Source: Neodothiora populina (lineage: Eukaryota). From it: a stretch of 64,000 nucleotides of DNA. The first letter of the stretch is position 1, and each line of letters opens with the position of its first letter. The stretch is from positions 496,001 through 560,000 of the forward strand of contig NW_027191409.1 in NCBI RefSeq assembly GCF_041146345.1, given 5' to 3'. The position numbers were made by a program, and so were the translations under genes. This document shows positions 1-11,159 of this stretch, piece by piece. Under the pieces are notes generated by a model. The model saw only the letters and a list, made by a program, of their open reading frames with translations. It was not told the origin of the DNA and did not search any database.

Positions 1-202
1 AGGCGGTGTCGCCGTCACTAGAAATGCCGTCAGTGAAGGTGTGCGAATGTTGATGGACAGACGGAAAGAATGGAGAGACCTCATTGGTCCAGTGGTAGAT
101 TTCGGAACCACAACGATACCCAAAGAGACAGTATTCGACAAGGCTTCTATGGATCGCCTTGATAAAGTGGAGGCGGAGACCGGTGAAGTCGAGGGTGAAT
201 GA
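1..202 (+). CDS. Possible 3' end of an upstream gene (partial, hypothetical)
   Basis: Frame starting at base 2 is open for 66 codons (GGVAVTRNAVSEGVRMLMDRRKEWRDLIGPVVDFG...EVEGE) to TGA at 200-202; protein-like composition, no recognised motif. Confidence 0.35.
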   Translation, partial: GGVAVTRNAVSEGVRMLMDRRKEWRDLIGPVVDFGTTTIPKETVFDKASMDRLDKVEAETGEVEGE

Positions 203-980
203 CACGAATCATGAAATGGCCATTAGTAAAGTCTGTAGCACCTCGTGGAGAGAATATCACACGTCTTCCTCCCTCCATCTGAAGGATGCAGCTCCCTTTT
301 ATGACTGCCGAATATGCGAATTGGGGTTCAACCTGCCATGACGTACTATCGTACAATGCGCATCGACGAGATAGTGGACATGTAATCCAACCGCGAATGC
401 TAGTTGGTCAGAAAGCATCTCAAATTCGGACCTTCCTTCGAACTACTCGAAGGTCGAGTAAGAAGGAAACGCAACGCCGAACGACCAGCAAACGACACCC
501 AAACCAGGAACGAAGTCCTAAAGAATGAAACACGAGACCAGTCTAGTTCCAAGCTGAGATTCCAGTGAGCAACAAATAGAACTACGGCCAGTCCGTGCCA
601 TAACACACATCAAGTATGGAAATGCCATCAGCAGTAAGGTACTCGACATGAACATATGTGGTACACATCCAACTACTTTCTCTGTAAAAAAAAATGACAC
701 AAAGTCAATAAGGTGCCCTTCTAAAAACTCAATTTACAATTAGGTTGATACCACGTGCCCCATACTACCGGCAGCACGTTCAAGTCACTACATGACTGAT
801 GATTCCTGCTGTCAAACCGACCATTTTCGTCACTGATGGCTCAGTGGACAGTAGGTCAGGTAAGAATGAATTGTAGCTGCTGTCTTGATGGACTGTGAGT
901 CGAGTCAGATTGGACTGGGAGTGAATGACGGGAGACTCGGAATGTGATTGTGATGGAATCTACGTGTATGGTAAGGTAAG

Positions 981-1134
981 GTATGTCAAGCTCCATTCAG
1001 CAGTATGTCAAGTCCCAGGGAATATCATGTCAGGTTCCAATCAATAGCACGTCAAATGTCGACGGAGAGTAGATCAACTCATAGTAAATAGCATATCAGG
1101 TTCCACTGAATAGCATGTCAAGCTGCAGTGAATG
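981..1134. repeat. Degenerate 22-nt tandem repeat, 7 copies (consensus approx. GCATGTCAAGTTCCAGTGAATA)
   Basis: Units start at 981, 1003, 1025, 1047, 1069, 1091 and 1113 with exact 22-nt spacing. Confidence 0.85.
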
Positions 1135-1723
1135 AATTGCTTAAATGGACATAATTCGGACATAGCTCCATTGCACGAATACGCGGAGTGACGGCTACCT
1201 CCGTTGCGCCGGAGTAAAGCCAATCTCTGTAGTGGCTCGCTCCATAGCTCCGTCTTGCCATTACATATGCTGAGTGACGATTGGCTCCGCAACCCCGCCA
1301 GCTTCCAATTACATCGCTTCCAAGGTGTGACAGCAAGTAGTCTATCGCCAGACGCGGGAGGCGAACACGAACAATCCGATTAGTGGCAGCGAACGGCACT
1401 TGCCAGCATACCATACCTCTGTACAGTGGAGCTAGCTTGAGACAAAACCTCGGTTGCCCTGTTATGTCAAACCTTCCGTCATAATCGTACACGTTCAACC
1501 CATGTGCGATCAGCGACGGGGCTTATTTGAGCACGCAGGCTTGCGTGGGTAAATCGGTAGCGTGCAATCGGTGAACGAATTGGACTGCCTGGTTTGGGGC
1601 TCCAATGAGGCTCAAAATATACTTCTTGTGGACCGAAACGCCAAACTTCATCATGATGCATATCCCTCATTCTCATCGTAGTTTTGTACGATCAGCTTGT
1701 CTGTTCCGATGAGCTCAATTCCA

Positions 1724-1730
1724 ACGTCAT
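1724..1730 (-). promoter_or_regulatory. CRE/ATF-type site (ATGACGT) upstream of catalase
   Basis: ACGTCAT at 1724-1730, about 165 nt before the ATG, with a TATA-like ATATATA near 1811; Aspergillus catA is known to depend on the bZIP factor AtfA. Short motif, could be chance. Confidence 0.4.
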
Positions 1731-1894
1731 AATAGTGTAATCCCATCAACCTGTGTGAACCCTTGCCTTACCTAAGGCGATGTAGCCACAACAATGTGGA
1801 TATTCCACGCATATATACGCGGGCGAGGACGCTCCTCTTTACTCTGGAAACCCAATTCTTGCTTCTTCTTGTCTCACAGTATACATAATTTCAG

Positions 1895-4332
1895 ATGGCA
1901 CCTGGAGTAACAGACGTGATCAAGGAAAAGATTGTCGGCATGACTGAAAACCAGAAGGTTGCTGATCTCCAGCGCAACACTGTTGAGTAAGTCGACCCAT
2001 CACTAAGTGAACTCTTCACTTTTGCCATTGAGGCATAGCTGACAAGAAACCTCTAGCTATCATGATCCAAGCAACAGAATCACTACCGACTATGGTGTGA
2101 AGCAGACCAACACAGACGACTGGCTGAGAATTGCCACCGAGGATAAGACTGGCCCCAGTCTGCTCGAGGATCACGCCGGCCGTGAGAAGATTCACCGTTT
2201 CGACCATGAACGCATTCCAGAGCGTGTTGTCCACGCTCGCGGTGCCGCGGCCCACGGTACATTCAAGCTGTTCGAAAGTGCAGCAGATGTCACCTCTGCT
2301 GGTGTCCTTACCGACACCTCCCGGACCACGCCTGTTTTCCTTCGATTCTCTACTGTGCTAGGAAGCCGTGGCAGTGCGGACACGGTCAGAGATGTCCGTG
2401 GTTTCGCGGTCAAATTCTATACCGAAGAGGGTAATTGGGACATCGTCGGCAACAATATGCCAGTTTTCTTCATTCAGGATGCCATCAAGTTCCCAGATGT
2501 CATCCACGCTGGCAAACCCGAGCCTCATAACGAGGTTCCTCAAGCCCAAACCGCACATTCGAACTTCTGGGATTTTCAGTTTTTGCAGTGAGTGTTTCTG
2601 AGTCGTTATCATGTCGTTGGCCAATTTGTCCGATTGTTCTTCGATTTTACCGGATTTCTTTTTCTCTTTTCCATTCATTAAAAAGAAACACCACCAATCG
2701 CAAGTACAATTACTGACCGTTACTCGCAGTACCGAAGCTACGCACATGTTTGCTTGGACCCAGTCAGATCGTGCTATCCCTCGTTCTTACCGGATGATGC
2801 AAGGATTTGGTGTCAACACTTATACCCTCATCAACGATAAGGGCGAGCGCCACTTTGTCAAATTTCATTTCACCCCTCATCTTGGTGTCCACAGTCTTGT
2901 CTGGGACGAAGCTCTGAAGATCGCAGGGCAAGACCCTGATTTCCACCGCAAGGACCTGTGGGATGCCATTGAGAGCGGATCCTATCCCAAATGGGACTTC
3001 GGCATCCAGGTCATACCCGAATCAAAGGAGAATGACTTCGAGTTCGATATCCTCGACGCCACCAAACTTTGGCCTGAAGAGGAGGTGCCAATCAGGTACA
3101 TTGGCGAGCTTGAACTAAACCGCAACCCAGACGAATACTTTGCCGAGACCGAGCAGGTCGCCTATTGCACTGGACACATTGTACCAGGTATCGGATTCTC
3201 TGATGATCCGCTTCTCCAAGGACGCAACTTTTCTTATTCTGACACGCAACTCACACGTCTGGGTGGACCAAATTGGGAATCACTTCCGATCAACAGGCCA
3301 AGATGCCCAGTCATGAATCAAAACCGTGATGGCGCGTCAAGACATACTATCACCAAGGGAAGAGCAAACTATTGGCCCAATCGGTTCGAGTCCACTCCAC
3401 CAGCTAAGCCCCAGGAAGGGGGTTACGTTGACTACCCGCAGAAGGTGGTAGGTATCAAGACCCGCTTGCGCAGCAAGAAGTTCGGCGAGCACTACAAGCA
3501 AGCGCAGTTGTTCTATAACTCTATGAGTGAGCCAGAGAAGATGCACATGATGAATTCATTCTCATTTGAGTTGGATCACTGTGATGATCCGGTCGTCTAC
3601 AACCGCATGTGTGAGCGCTTGACTTATATTGATCTCAAGCTCGCCCAAGATGTTGCGGAGATGGTCGGCGCGCCGATTCCCCAGGAGGCGGCCATTCCTA
3701 ACGAGGGCAAGACTGCAAAGGGTCTCAGTCAAACTGAGTACCCTCCTAAGAATGGTCCCACCATCGAGACACGCCGTGTTGCCATCATCATTGCTGATGG
3801 CTACGATGCCGTGGCTTACAACGGCATCAAGGCTGCTCTGACTGCTGCAAAGGCACTCCCCTTCACCATTGCTCCTCGCCGTACTCCTATCTATGCTGCT
3901 GGCGAGAAGAAGGAGGCCGGTAAGGGTGTGACTCCTGACCATCACCTTGAGGGCATGCGAAGCACCATGTTCGACTCGGTTTACGTACCGGGAGGTGCTG
4001 ACAGCATTGCTACGCTACGCAAGAATGGACGTGCCCTTCACTGGGTCCGCGAGGCTTTCGGCCACTTGAAGGCCATTGGTGCCACCGGTGAAGCAGTGCA
4101 GTTTGTCAAGGATGCATGCCAATTGCCAGGTATAACTTTCAGTGAAGGAGGTGATGTCGTTGACTCATACGGCGTTGTCACTGCAGCGACCGTGCAGCCC
4201 CAGAGCTTTAAGGAGACTGTGCAAATGGTCAAGGGCGCAAAGGACTTTGTGGATGCATACTTCTACGCCATTTCGTTGCACAGGAACTTCGATCGTGAGC
4301 TCGAGGGCTTGTCTACTATGGTTGCATACTAG
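1895..4332 (+). CDS. catA: Large-subunit monofunctional heme catalase (CatA/Cat-1 type, no signal peptide); exons 1895-1986, 2057-2587, 2730-4332
   Basis: [26 protein letters not shown] and [10 protein letters not shown] (proximal Tyr) motifs; C-terminal DJ-1/GATase-like domain; two GT-AG introns restore the frame. Confidence 0.95.
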
Positions 4333-4420
4333 GCAAAGTTGCTACAACTCACCCTATACCCATTTAACTATGATTAGATTTCAGATAGTCCTTTTTCAAT
4401 AATTCCATTTTACTTCATTT

Positions 4421-5340
4421 TGACTTGCTATTCATGGATCCTTCATCCACATCTCAGCATGACTTGACCCACTGTTCATTCATGTTCATCCAACCTGACT
4501 AGCCATTCATTGTACCTTCATCTACATATCGATACAAATTAATTTACTATTCATCTCTGATTTTCACTCTAATCTGACCTGCCTTGCATTTGACCCTTGA
4601 TCAGAACTTACTGATCATTCTTCATCTTGATCGCAATCTGACCTGCCATTTATTGAGAAATTAGTCTATACTTCATTGGGATCTGACATACTCTTCAGTC
4701 ATAGCATCATCTCATCCTGACCTTCTATGCATTAAATCTTCATCCACACTTCAATGTGACTTGACTTAAAACACTTGTAGCCATCGATTTGAACTGCCAT
4801 ACTGTTAATCGAATCTTTATTCATAATCCAAAGTAATTTGACTTATAACACTTATGGTCTTGGGTAAAGCTGACCGGCTATTCACTAGACCTTCAATTAC
4901 GATTTCTCATAACTCGACTTACTGCTCATCTCAACATGACTTTCTATCTATTGAAACTTCATTCATAGCTTACTTGATAATTCATGATCTTCATATTACA
5001 CTGACTTGCCATTGTTTGGAATTCATTTATGATCCATTATAGCTTGATTTACTCTGCATCCATGTATCTCATTCCGACCTAACCTGCTGTTCAATGGACC
5101 TCCACTCACAGCTTACTGATTATCCTCCAAGGTCCAAGTCAAGTTGACCTGCTATTCATGAAGCCTTCATCTGTATTCCTTGGACTCGGCCTACTTTTCG
5201 TTCATGACTTCGATCCACTCTCACCTGCCATCTATGGAACCTGCATCCACAACTTTGTCTATTATGCATGATTGCACTTCAACTTGACCCCAAGTTCATT
5301 GAACTTCTAACTTTCATCATGACTTGACTCGCTGTTACCA
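4421..5340. repeat. Degenerate higher-order minisatellite: ~30-nt core TGACYTGCYATTCATGGAACCTTCATCCAC every 64-79 nt, about 13 copies
   Basis: Cores at 4421, 4496, 4575, 4639, 4718, 4795, 4871, 4937, 5002, 5080, 5145, 5221 and 5285; AT/pyrimidine-rich, no long ORF. Confidence 0.8.
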
Positions 5341-6127
5341 CAAGTTTCAACTTGGTCAGCAGGATAATCAAGTATGGTAACTTCATAATGTGTCCTTCAA
5401 TTCACACGGATTGCGCTCTCAATTTGACTTGAGATTTTTATCTCTTAGGACTGTCACTATCTACTGACCCTTTTGGTCCACAACGACCAAAGCTTTCGAG
5501 AATACCTTTCCACAACTATACCACATACAGACCAAGGAAAGAAGAATACCCACAGCACTCTCGTGTGCAGGACGATGAAACAAAAACCACCAAAAAAGCT
5601 ATGAACGAAACCCTAGTCTTCACCGCCACCATGTCGTGCAACTACACGAGGGCCATTCGGGGGTTCCCTTTGGTTCTCCCACCCCTCCCTTGACCTTGCA
5701 TATGACAGCTGTTATATGCACATATCCAACGGGTGGTAGCATAAGGGGTTTTCTGCTTGTCTCTTCTATTCTCTCTGATGAGGTTCACACGTCGGAGAGC
5801 GGGCGGTTCCACACGTGCATTGGTGGACAGCTTCTACGTCCGATCTGCGGTGCATGCAGCAAAAGCGGAAACAGCAGCAGCAGCGAACACAACGGACATA
5901 CGCTTGTGGGGATTGCAAGTGGCAATAGAGCATGCAAATGGCGAAGCCCATCACCCCACCTGCTGCGCAAGCAAAAGACGGTGGAAGGCAAAGGTTGCCG
6001 TTGTACGTGTTATGTGTTGTGTACCAAGCAAGCTACAAACAACGCGCAGCAGCAGAGGCGTGGCACACACACTCACACACCTACATACACATATAAACGC
6101 TTATGTGTTTGTATGTATGTGTGCGTG

Positions 6128-7498
6128 TCATACAAGGAAAGTCCAAAAGCTAGGGTACACAAACTCCTCGTCGAAGATGCGACGGACCTGCTCCAGCACA
6201 AACTTTTCCACTTTACCCACGTTTTTGAGCACTTGTTTGCCGCTCTCGCGTTGCCCAATCTCGCTCTCGACTCGGATTTCTTCAAGCAGGGCGCCGGGTC
6301 GTTGCTTGCGCTGATCAGTCGTGGTGGTGTCGCTGCTGCTGTTACCCTTCTCGGCGGCGGCGGCGGTAGCGGCGGCTTCGTCGTCATCCTGAGATTGAGA
6401 CTGTGAGTCACCTACCAGAGCTTCGGCATCTTCGGGACAGAGAAAACAGAAATGTGCTTTCTTCTTGATGTATGCTAAGATGCCGACGCCGTCAAAGGTA
6501 AGACCCGTGATGTTAAGCTGCAGGGGGATTCCAACGAAGCTGGGCATGGGATAGTCAAGGAGAATTTCGGCGGTGAGAGAGAGTTTGACGTTGCCTGCGT
6601 ACGACACATGAAAGACTATCTGCACGTCCTCGATGCTGCGTTCCGGCTGTGTCGTGGATCCAGGAACAAGTTTTGGGGAGTCGTCCTCCTGTCCATCCGA
6701 CGATGATCCGTCGAGAACTTCCTCGGGCCAGTCGTGTTGATGGCGCGACGTGGGACGCGATGAGGGTGTTGTCGCTGACGAATGAGTCAGTGATCCAAAG
6801 GACATCGAGCGATGATGATTATGCTGATGACGATTGTCGTTGTGCTGTGAATTGTGGTGGTTGTCATGTACCGACTGATCCGCATCCCCAAGAGCAAGTT
6901 TCCCTCTACTGGTATCCTGCAAGGTGTTGTGAAACTGTGCACCTGCTACAGCGGCTAGCGGAGTCGTGGTACCAGAGAGACCTGCAGATAGTGGCAAGTG
7001 GAAGTATCCAAGATTCGATGTACCTCCTAGTATACCAGGTGTAGTCGCCCGAGGTAAGAGTTGACCACCCAGTATATCCCGACGATTGAAAACTCCCGGT
7101 CCGTCGCGATGCTGCGTGTCTGAGGGAAGATTGGCACTTCGCTCATGTCTATCTGTGGACGTGTGAGATCCGCGAAAAGTGCCGGAACCACTTTGATCAC
7201 CCAACTTTCCATTCTGGTCGCCGATATCCTTGGGCGCCGGCTGCTCGCTATCTTCTAAGTCGCCGTCATCTTCATCGTCTTCTCCCTGATAGAAATCAGG
7301 CAAAGGTTCGCAAATATCCTTCAGTTCAACTTTGGGTGATATCTCGCCAAAGTCGAATGAATGCACTTTGACAGACCGTATCATACGGGGAAGTGTGACT
7401 TTTTGAAAGCGGTCATCTATGAAAGCTCTGATAGACTCTGCGAGCGCATCACCATCAGGTCCTTGAGTCAAGGATTCCCAATTGATATCTATTGACAT
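6128..7498 (-). CDS. MDM12: Mitochondrial distribution and morphology protein 12 (ERMES SMP-domain subunit)
   Basis: Starts MSIDINWESL; contains LLDYPMPSFVGIPLQLNITG and C-terminal KQVLKNVGKVEKFVLEQVRRIFDEEFVYPSFWTFLV; apparently intronless. Confidence 0.95.
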   Translation of the reverse strand: MSIDINWESLTQGPDGDALAESIRAFIDDRFQKVTLPRMIRSVKVHSFDFGEISPKVELKDICEPLPDFYQGEDDEDDGDLEDSEQPAPKDIGDQNGKLGDQSGSGTFRGSHTSTDRHERSANLPSDTQHRDGPGVFNRRDILGGQLLPRATTPGILGGTSNLGYFHLPLSAGLSGTTTPLAAVAGAQFHNTLQDTSRGKLALGDADQSVHDNHHNSQHNDNRHQHNHHRSMSFGSLTHSSATTPSSRPTSRHQHDWPEEVLDGSSSDGQEDDSPKLVPGSTTQPERSIEDVQIVFHVSYAGNVKLSLTAEILLDYPMPSFVGIPLQLNITGLTFDGVGILAYIKKKAHFCFLCPEDAEALVGDSQSQSQDDDEAAATAAAAEKGNSSSDTTTTDQRKQRPGALLEEIRVESEIGQRESGKQVLKNVGKVEKFVLEQVRRIFDEEFVYPSFWTFLV

Positions 7499-9296
7499 GG
7501 CGGTCGTGCTGTTGGCGATTGCGATAATGCGTGCACCTGGACCAGCGTTAAATGGAGATGGCAAGTCCAGGCGAAGCTGCTGCACAGATATACGTAACCG
7601 ACGCACTGACCATTTATTTTTATGTTCAGTCTGGATGATGACTACTTCTACAAGTCTCAATGCTCGATTTATAAAATCGTATGCCACTCATGTCCTGAAA
7701 TCGAGTATAAATGTATTTAGCTGTATCTTGAATTGCATCTCCAGAGTGTGCTGTATCAACTACCGTGCGATGATCATGGTCATATCTTCTCCGTCGCAAC
7801 AACCACAGATCACAAGTTTGCTCCTCTTCTTACTTAATCCTGGACCCTTGTCAAAGTCCGCCCAACGATCACAGGCTACGTTTGACTCCAGGACTACCTC
7901 ACTCTCCCCCCGGCCCGTACTCGCTCTACCTGACATTGACAGCTTGCTAAAAACGTATGCAAGCCCAAACATGCACACGCACCTCGGCCCGTACCGCGCC
8001 GTGTGCATTCATACCGGCCCAAAATGTTCCTATTCAAGATTCTGTGCGACCGCTGCTGTTCCACTGTGCTTACTGTGTGGACATACGATGGTCTTAGCCT
8101 GGGTGTTGACACCTGACGCATGTCCGTTGTAGTTTCGCGCCTTGGGTAAAAGAACCAGCTTCCAGCAGCACCGTAGGAGCCCAATTGCTTTTGGTAAAGA
8201 TACAACCCCCCAGAGGATTTATTGCGGCCTCGTTCATTACTGGCACCCGCGGTGGTGCCCCTAGATTACACCAATTCCATTAAGCTGCATTCCATGTATT
8301 CGCCTTCGTGTGCTTGTAGTGTATCACTGCCGCAAGGATATAACAAAGAAACATGCTTTTCGATGGTCAGCCACTGTCATATAGATTGCGCGAGGCTCAT
8401 ACCATAATAATCTTATCCTCCGCACTTCGGACATCGTTGATCGTGATAGATTTTTCTCTCTTTGACACCCTTACAGGCTCCACTCCTGGAAGAAACACAC
8501 GGCGATGTCTCCTCGGCTTGGTGGCCACACGCATAGACATGCACAATCTTGGTGCACATTCCGCCTACTCTGAAGCGTCTTCTTGTAGGTGGTCTGATAT
8601 GCTGCTAGAACAAGGAGACAGGAGTGAGAGATACTGTTGACTAAAATTAGTCGACGTTTGGCCCCAATGTTCCTTCAGCCCTTACAGATAACTCGGGTCC
8701 TATCAGTTCTCTATCAGTCTCCGGCAATGGATGTGCACTGTGCGTATAGAACAGCCTGTGTTCGAACTTCTCGAAGGCAGCGGCACCGAGTCACGTCTTA
8801 TACATTGAGTCCATCTCACTCAGATACCGATGATTTGGTCAGTCCCACAAGGCCATTTTTTTGGTAGCCGTCGAGCTTGCGAGGCTTTAGTCCATGCTAA
8901 GCAAGGGCATGTAGCACTACTGCGAGGACGCGAACTAAATGGCCAAAGAGATTGCGAGACCACCGATGAGTCCAAAGCGTGCTAAGTAGCACTTGCAGCC
9001 GGAACGTACATCCCGCAATCTATCGCTAGTTGTGTTTATCCTGACTTTAAATGGCAAGCAACCTGCCCTGCGTTTCATGCCTCTCTCTTACTCATGTTCC
9101 GACACTCTGTAACCGGAAAATTTGTTTTGTGATGTGTCTCACAATCTGTGACATTTTTTTCCAGGTGCCATTGACAGCTACTTTCGCTGTACGCACACGC
9201 TATCGTGAATGTGCTTTGCTTAGAGGGAGCCCCTTCTGCGCGCCTGTTGAACCACCCCCACCACGGACCTTTATTTATTTAGAGCCTACGATCAGA

Positions 9297-9313
9297 CCCC
9301 CCCCCCCCCCCCC
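9297..9313. repeat. Poly-C tract (17 nt)
   Basis: Direct reading. Confidence 0.9.
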
Positions 9314-10308
9314 ACCTTGCTTGGCTGACCTCAAAAGCGAGACCTCCTCACCAACGTAGTAATATATATCTACTGTATCGGACGCGTTACGTGTACTGCG
9401 CCCCAGAAAAGTTCGTGTTATAAAGGTGTCAAGAACGCAAACGGTATCTGACTTGCGATGCGAAACAGCACATGCTATTCCGGGTAAAAGCTCATCTGCA
9501 TGCCATGGGCAATCGAAAGCTATAGTCAACGATGCTGCCGCAATGCAAGCACGCTTCGCGAATCTTTGCGAACATCGGCGTGCGGATAGCAACTATTGAC
9601 ACAAGCAGCTATGCTACCTTGAGTAACCAGGATTTGTAGCGGGATCCGGAAATACTGCCGATGCATGATTGCGCAGTAGCTTGCTGCTCGTCGGATGTCC
9701 CGTATCTTATTGGCCTTATGATGGCGGGTGTGCGCATTGTGCGAACAAACGTCCAAGGATGACCACATGAGCACTATTTTGACAGGTCGTCCGTACCTCC
9801 CTCCAGTATCTAGGTCACATGATGGGGCGAGCGGGCTCGGGCAGCTTATCCCTACTTTCTCCGTTCTACAGTACAAACTGGACCTACTCGATGCGGCCCA
9901 CCTCCATTCGTTTGCAAATCGTGATTGACATTACTGTACCTCGGCAAATAAGCACGTCACAAAAACTGATGTTTGCCCACATGATCTGTCGAGTCAACAG
10001 ACTACAGGCACATGAAAGTATACTGTCACCGATCTCTACCAGTAACAACGCTCATGGGCAAATGGATGTCTACGTACCACCTCCGACGAGTCCCTAATAG
10101 CTGAAAGTACGTCACTTGATGCTAGGACTATATACGAGCCATGTGGTCCACCTCATGGGATCTTCGCTTGAGGGATCATTTGCTCGCTGCACTATATTTT
10201 TGCTTTGGTATCCTATACCATAACGTGAAGCTATCGACAGAGCCGGCTGAGCACCATCTCATCTCTGCCCTATAACAAACGCACCTAGCATAATCGCTCT
10301 TGGCTCGG

Positions 10309-10671
10309 ATGATAGACATGATGTCTTCCGCAATCAACATCCCCACCGGCAGGGCACAGGACAAAGACGGGTTCAGATACCTCAGTCTATCACCTACCCA
10401 TGGTATACAAGCGAAAGCTAGCTCAAGCTCCCCAGAGCCAGCTTCACCACGTTTAGCCGAGGCTTCTGCTTCGCCGAATGAGCACTATTCGGCTCCTTTG
10501 TCTGAAACTCAAGCACTCAACTTGTCGAACACAGCGATGATGGACACTATTGTTCGCACCAGCAGCAATGCGAGTGACAAGCTGATCGCAGAGTCTGAGC
10601 AGCAGCGGGTTTTGAAGCTGAGCCATGCACGAGCTGGCGACTCTCATGTCGGCGACTGGGCGCCAGAATGA
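10309..10671 (+). CDS. Small Ser-rich hypothetical protein
   Basis: About 120-aa ORF with clustered ATGs (MIDMMSSAINIP) ending RVLKLSHARAGDSHVGDWAPE; start uncertain. Confidence 0.5.
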   Translation: MIDMMSSAINIPTGRAQDKDGFRYLSLSPTHGIQAKASSSSPEPASPRLAEASASPNEHYSAPLSETQALNLSNTAMMDTIVRTSSNASDKLIAESEQQRVLKLSHARAGDSHVGDWAPE

Positions 10672-11159
10672 GTCAGGCCTCAGATGGCAAGGGTCGAGTG
10701 CAAGCGGTGACATGGATGCAAGGCTTCCAGTGGGTTACTTGAGGTCTTCTCGGTGGATTTCCTCTCAAGTGACTGCATTTACGGACAAGTCGAAGATTTG
10801 GTTCACAGAGTCTTGACAAGGGACAAAGACCGGGAATGAGTGGTTTGATTTCCTTCTTATGATTTGACGGCTACCGGTATGATGACTACTGTCTTTTGTG
10901 GATGTTCTATGTCTATGAGGATGAACGTGAATATCAATTGAGAGCTAGCCCATTGCTAGCTCCCACCACTCCCATGTGGTAGGGCTGAATACTCAAGGTA
11001 TGTGATTGTGTTGTCATTGCCTCTGCATTCCTTGTGGAATTGCAGGAATGCTGAGCAACACAAACATCTAATGAGACCATATATCCATTGCATTTTCACC
11101 ATTGCAACACTTTGACCACTTTTCCTCAATCTCTTCCAATATTGTCACTGCTTGTCATC

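Noticed and set aside
1118..1676. Two overlapping minus-strand ORFs as a frameshifted pseudogene
   Set aside because: No recognisable domain; they lie in the catalase promoter and run into the repeat array.
4421..5340. CRISPR array (30-nt core with 35-49-nt spacers)
   Set aside because: Cores are highly degenerate, spacers are related to one another, there are no cas genes and the context is eukaryotic.
695..5457. Outer terminal inverted repeats near 695-740 and 5420-5457
   Set aside because: Only patchy similarity in AT-rich DNA and no target-site duplication, so no mobile element is called.
5636..6406. 256-aa and 185-aa plus-strand ORFs
   Set aside because: Antisense to the MDM12 3' end and its low-complexity flank; non-ATG starts.
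7499..7687. N-terminal extension of MDM12 in the ORF track
   Set aside because: GTG start; Mdm12 homology begins at MSIDINW (7498).
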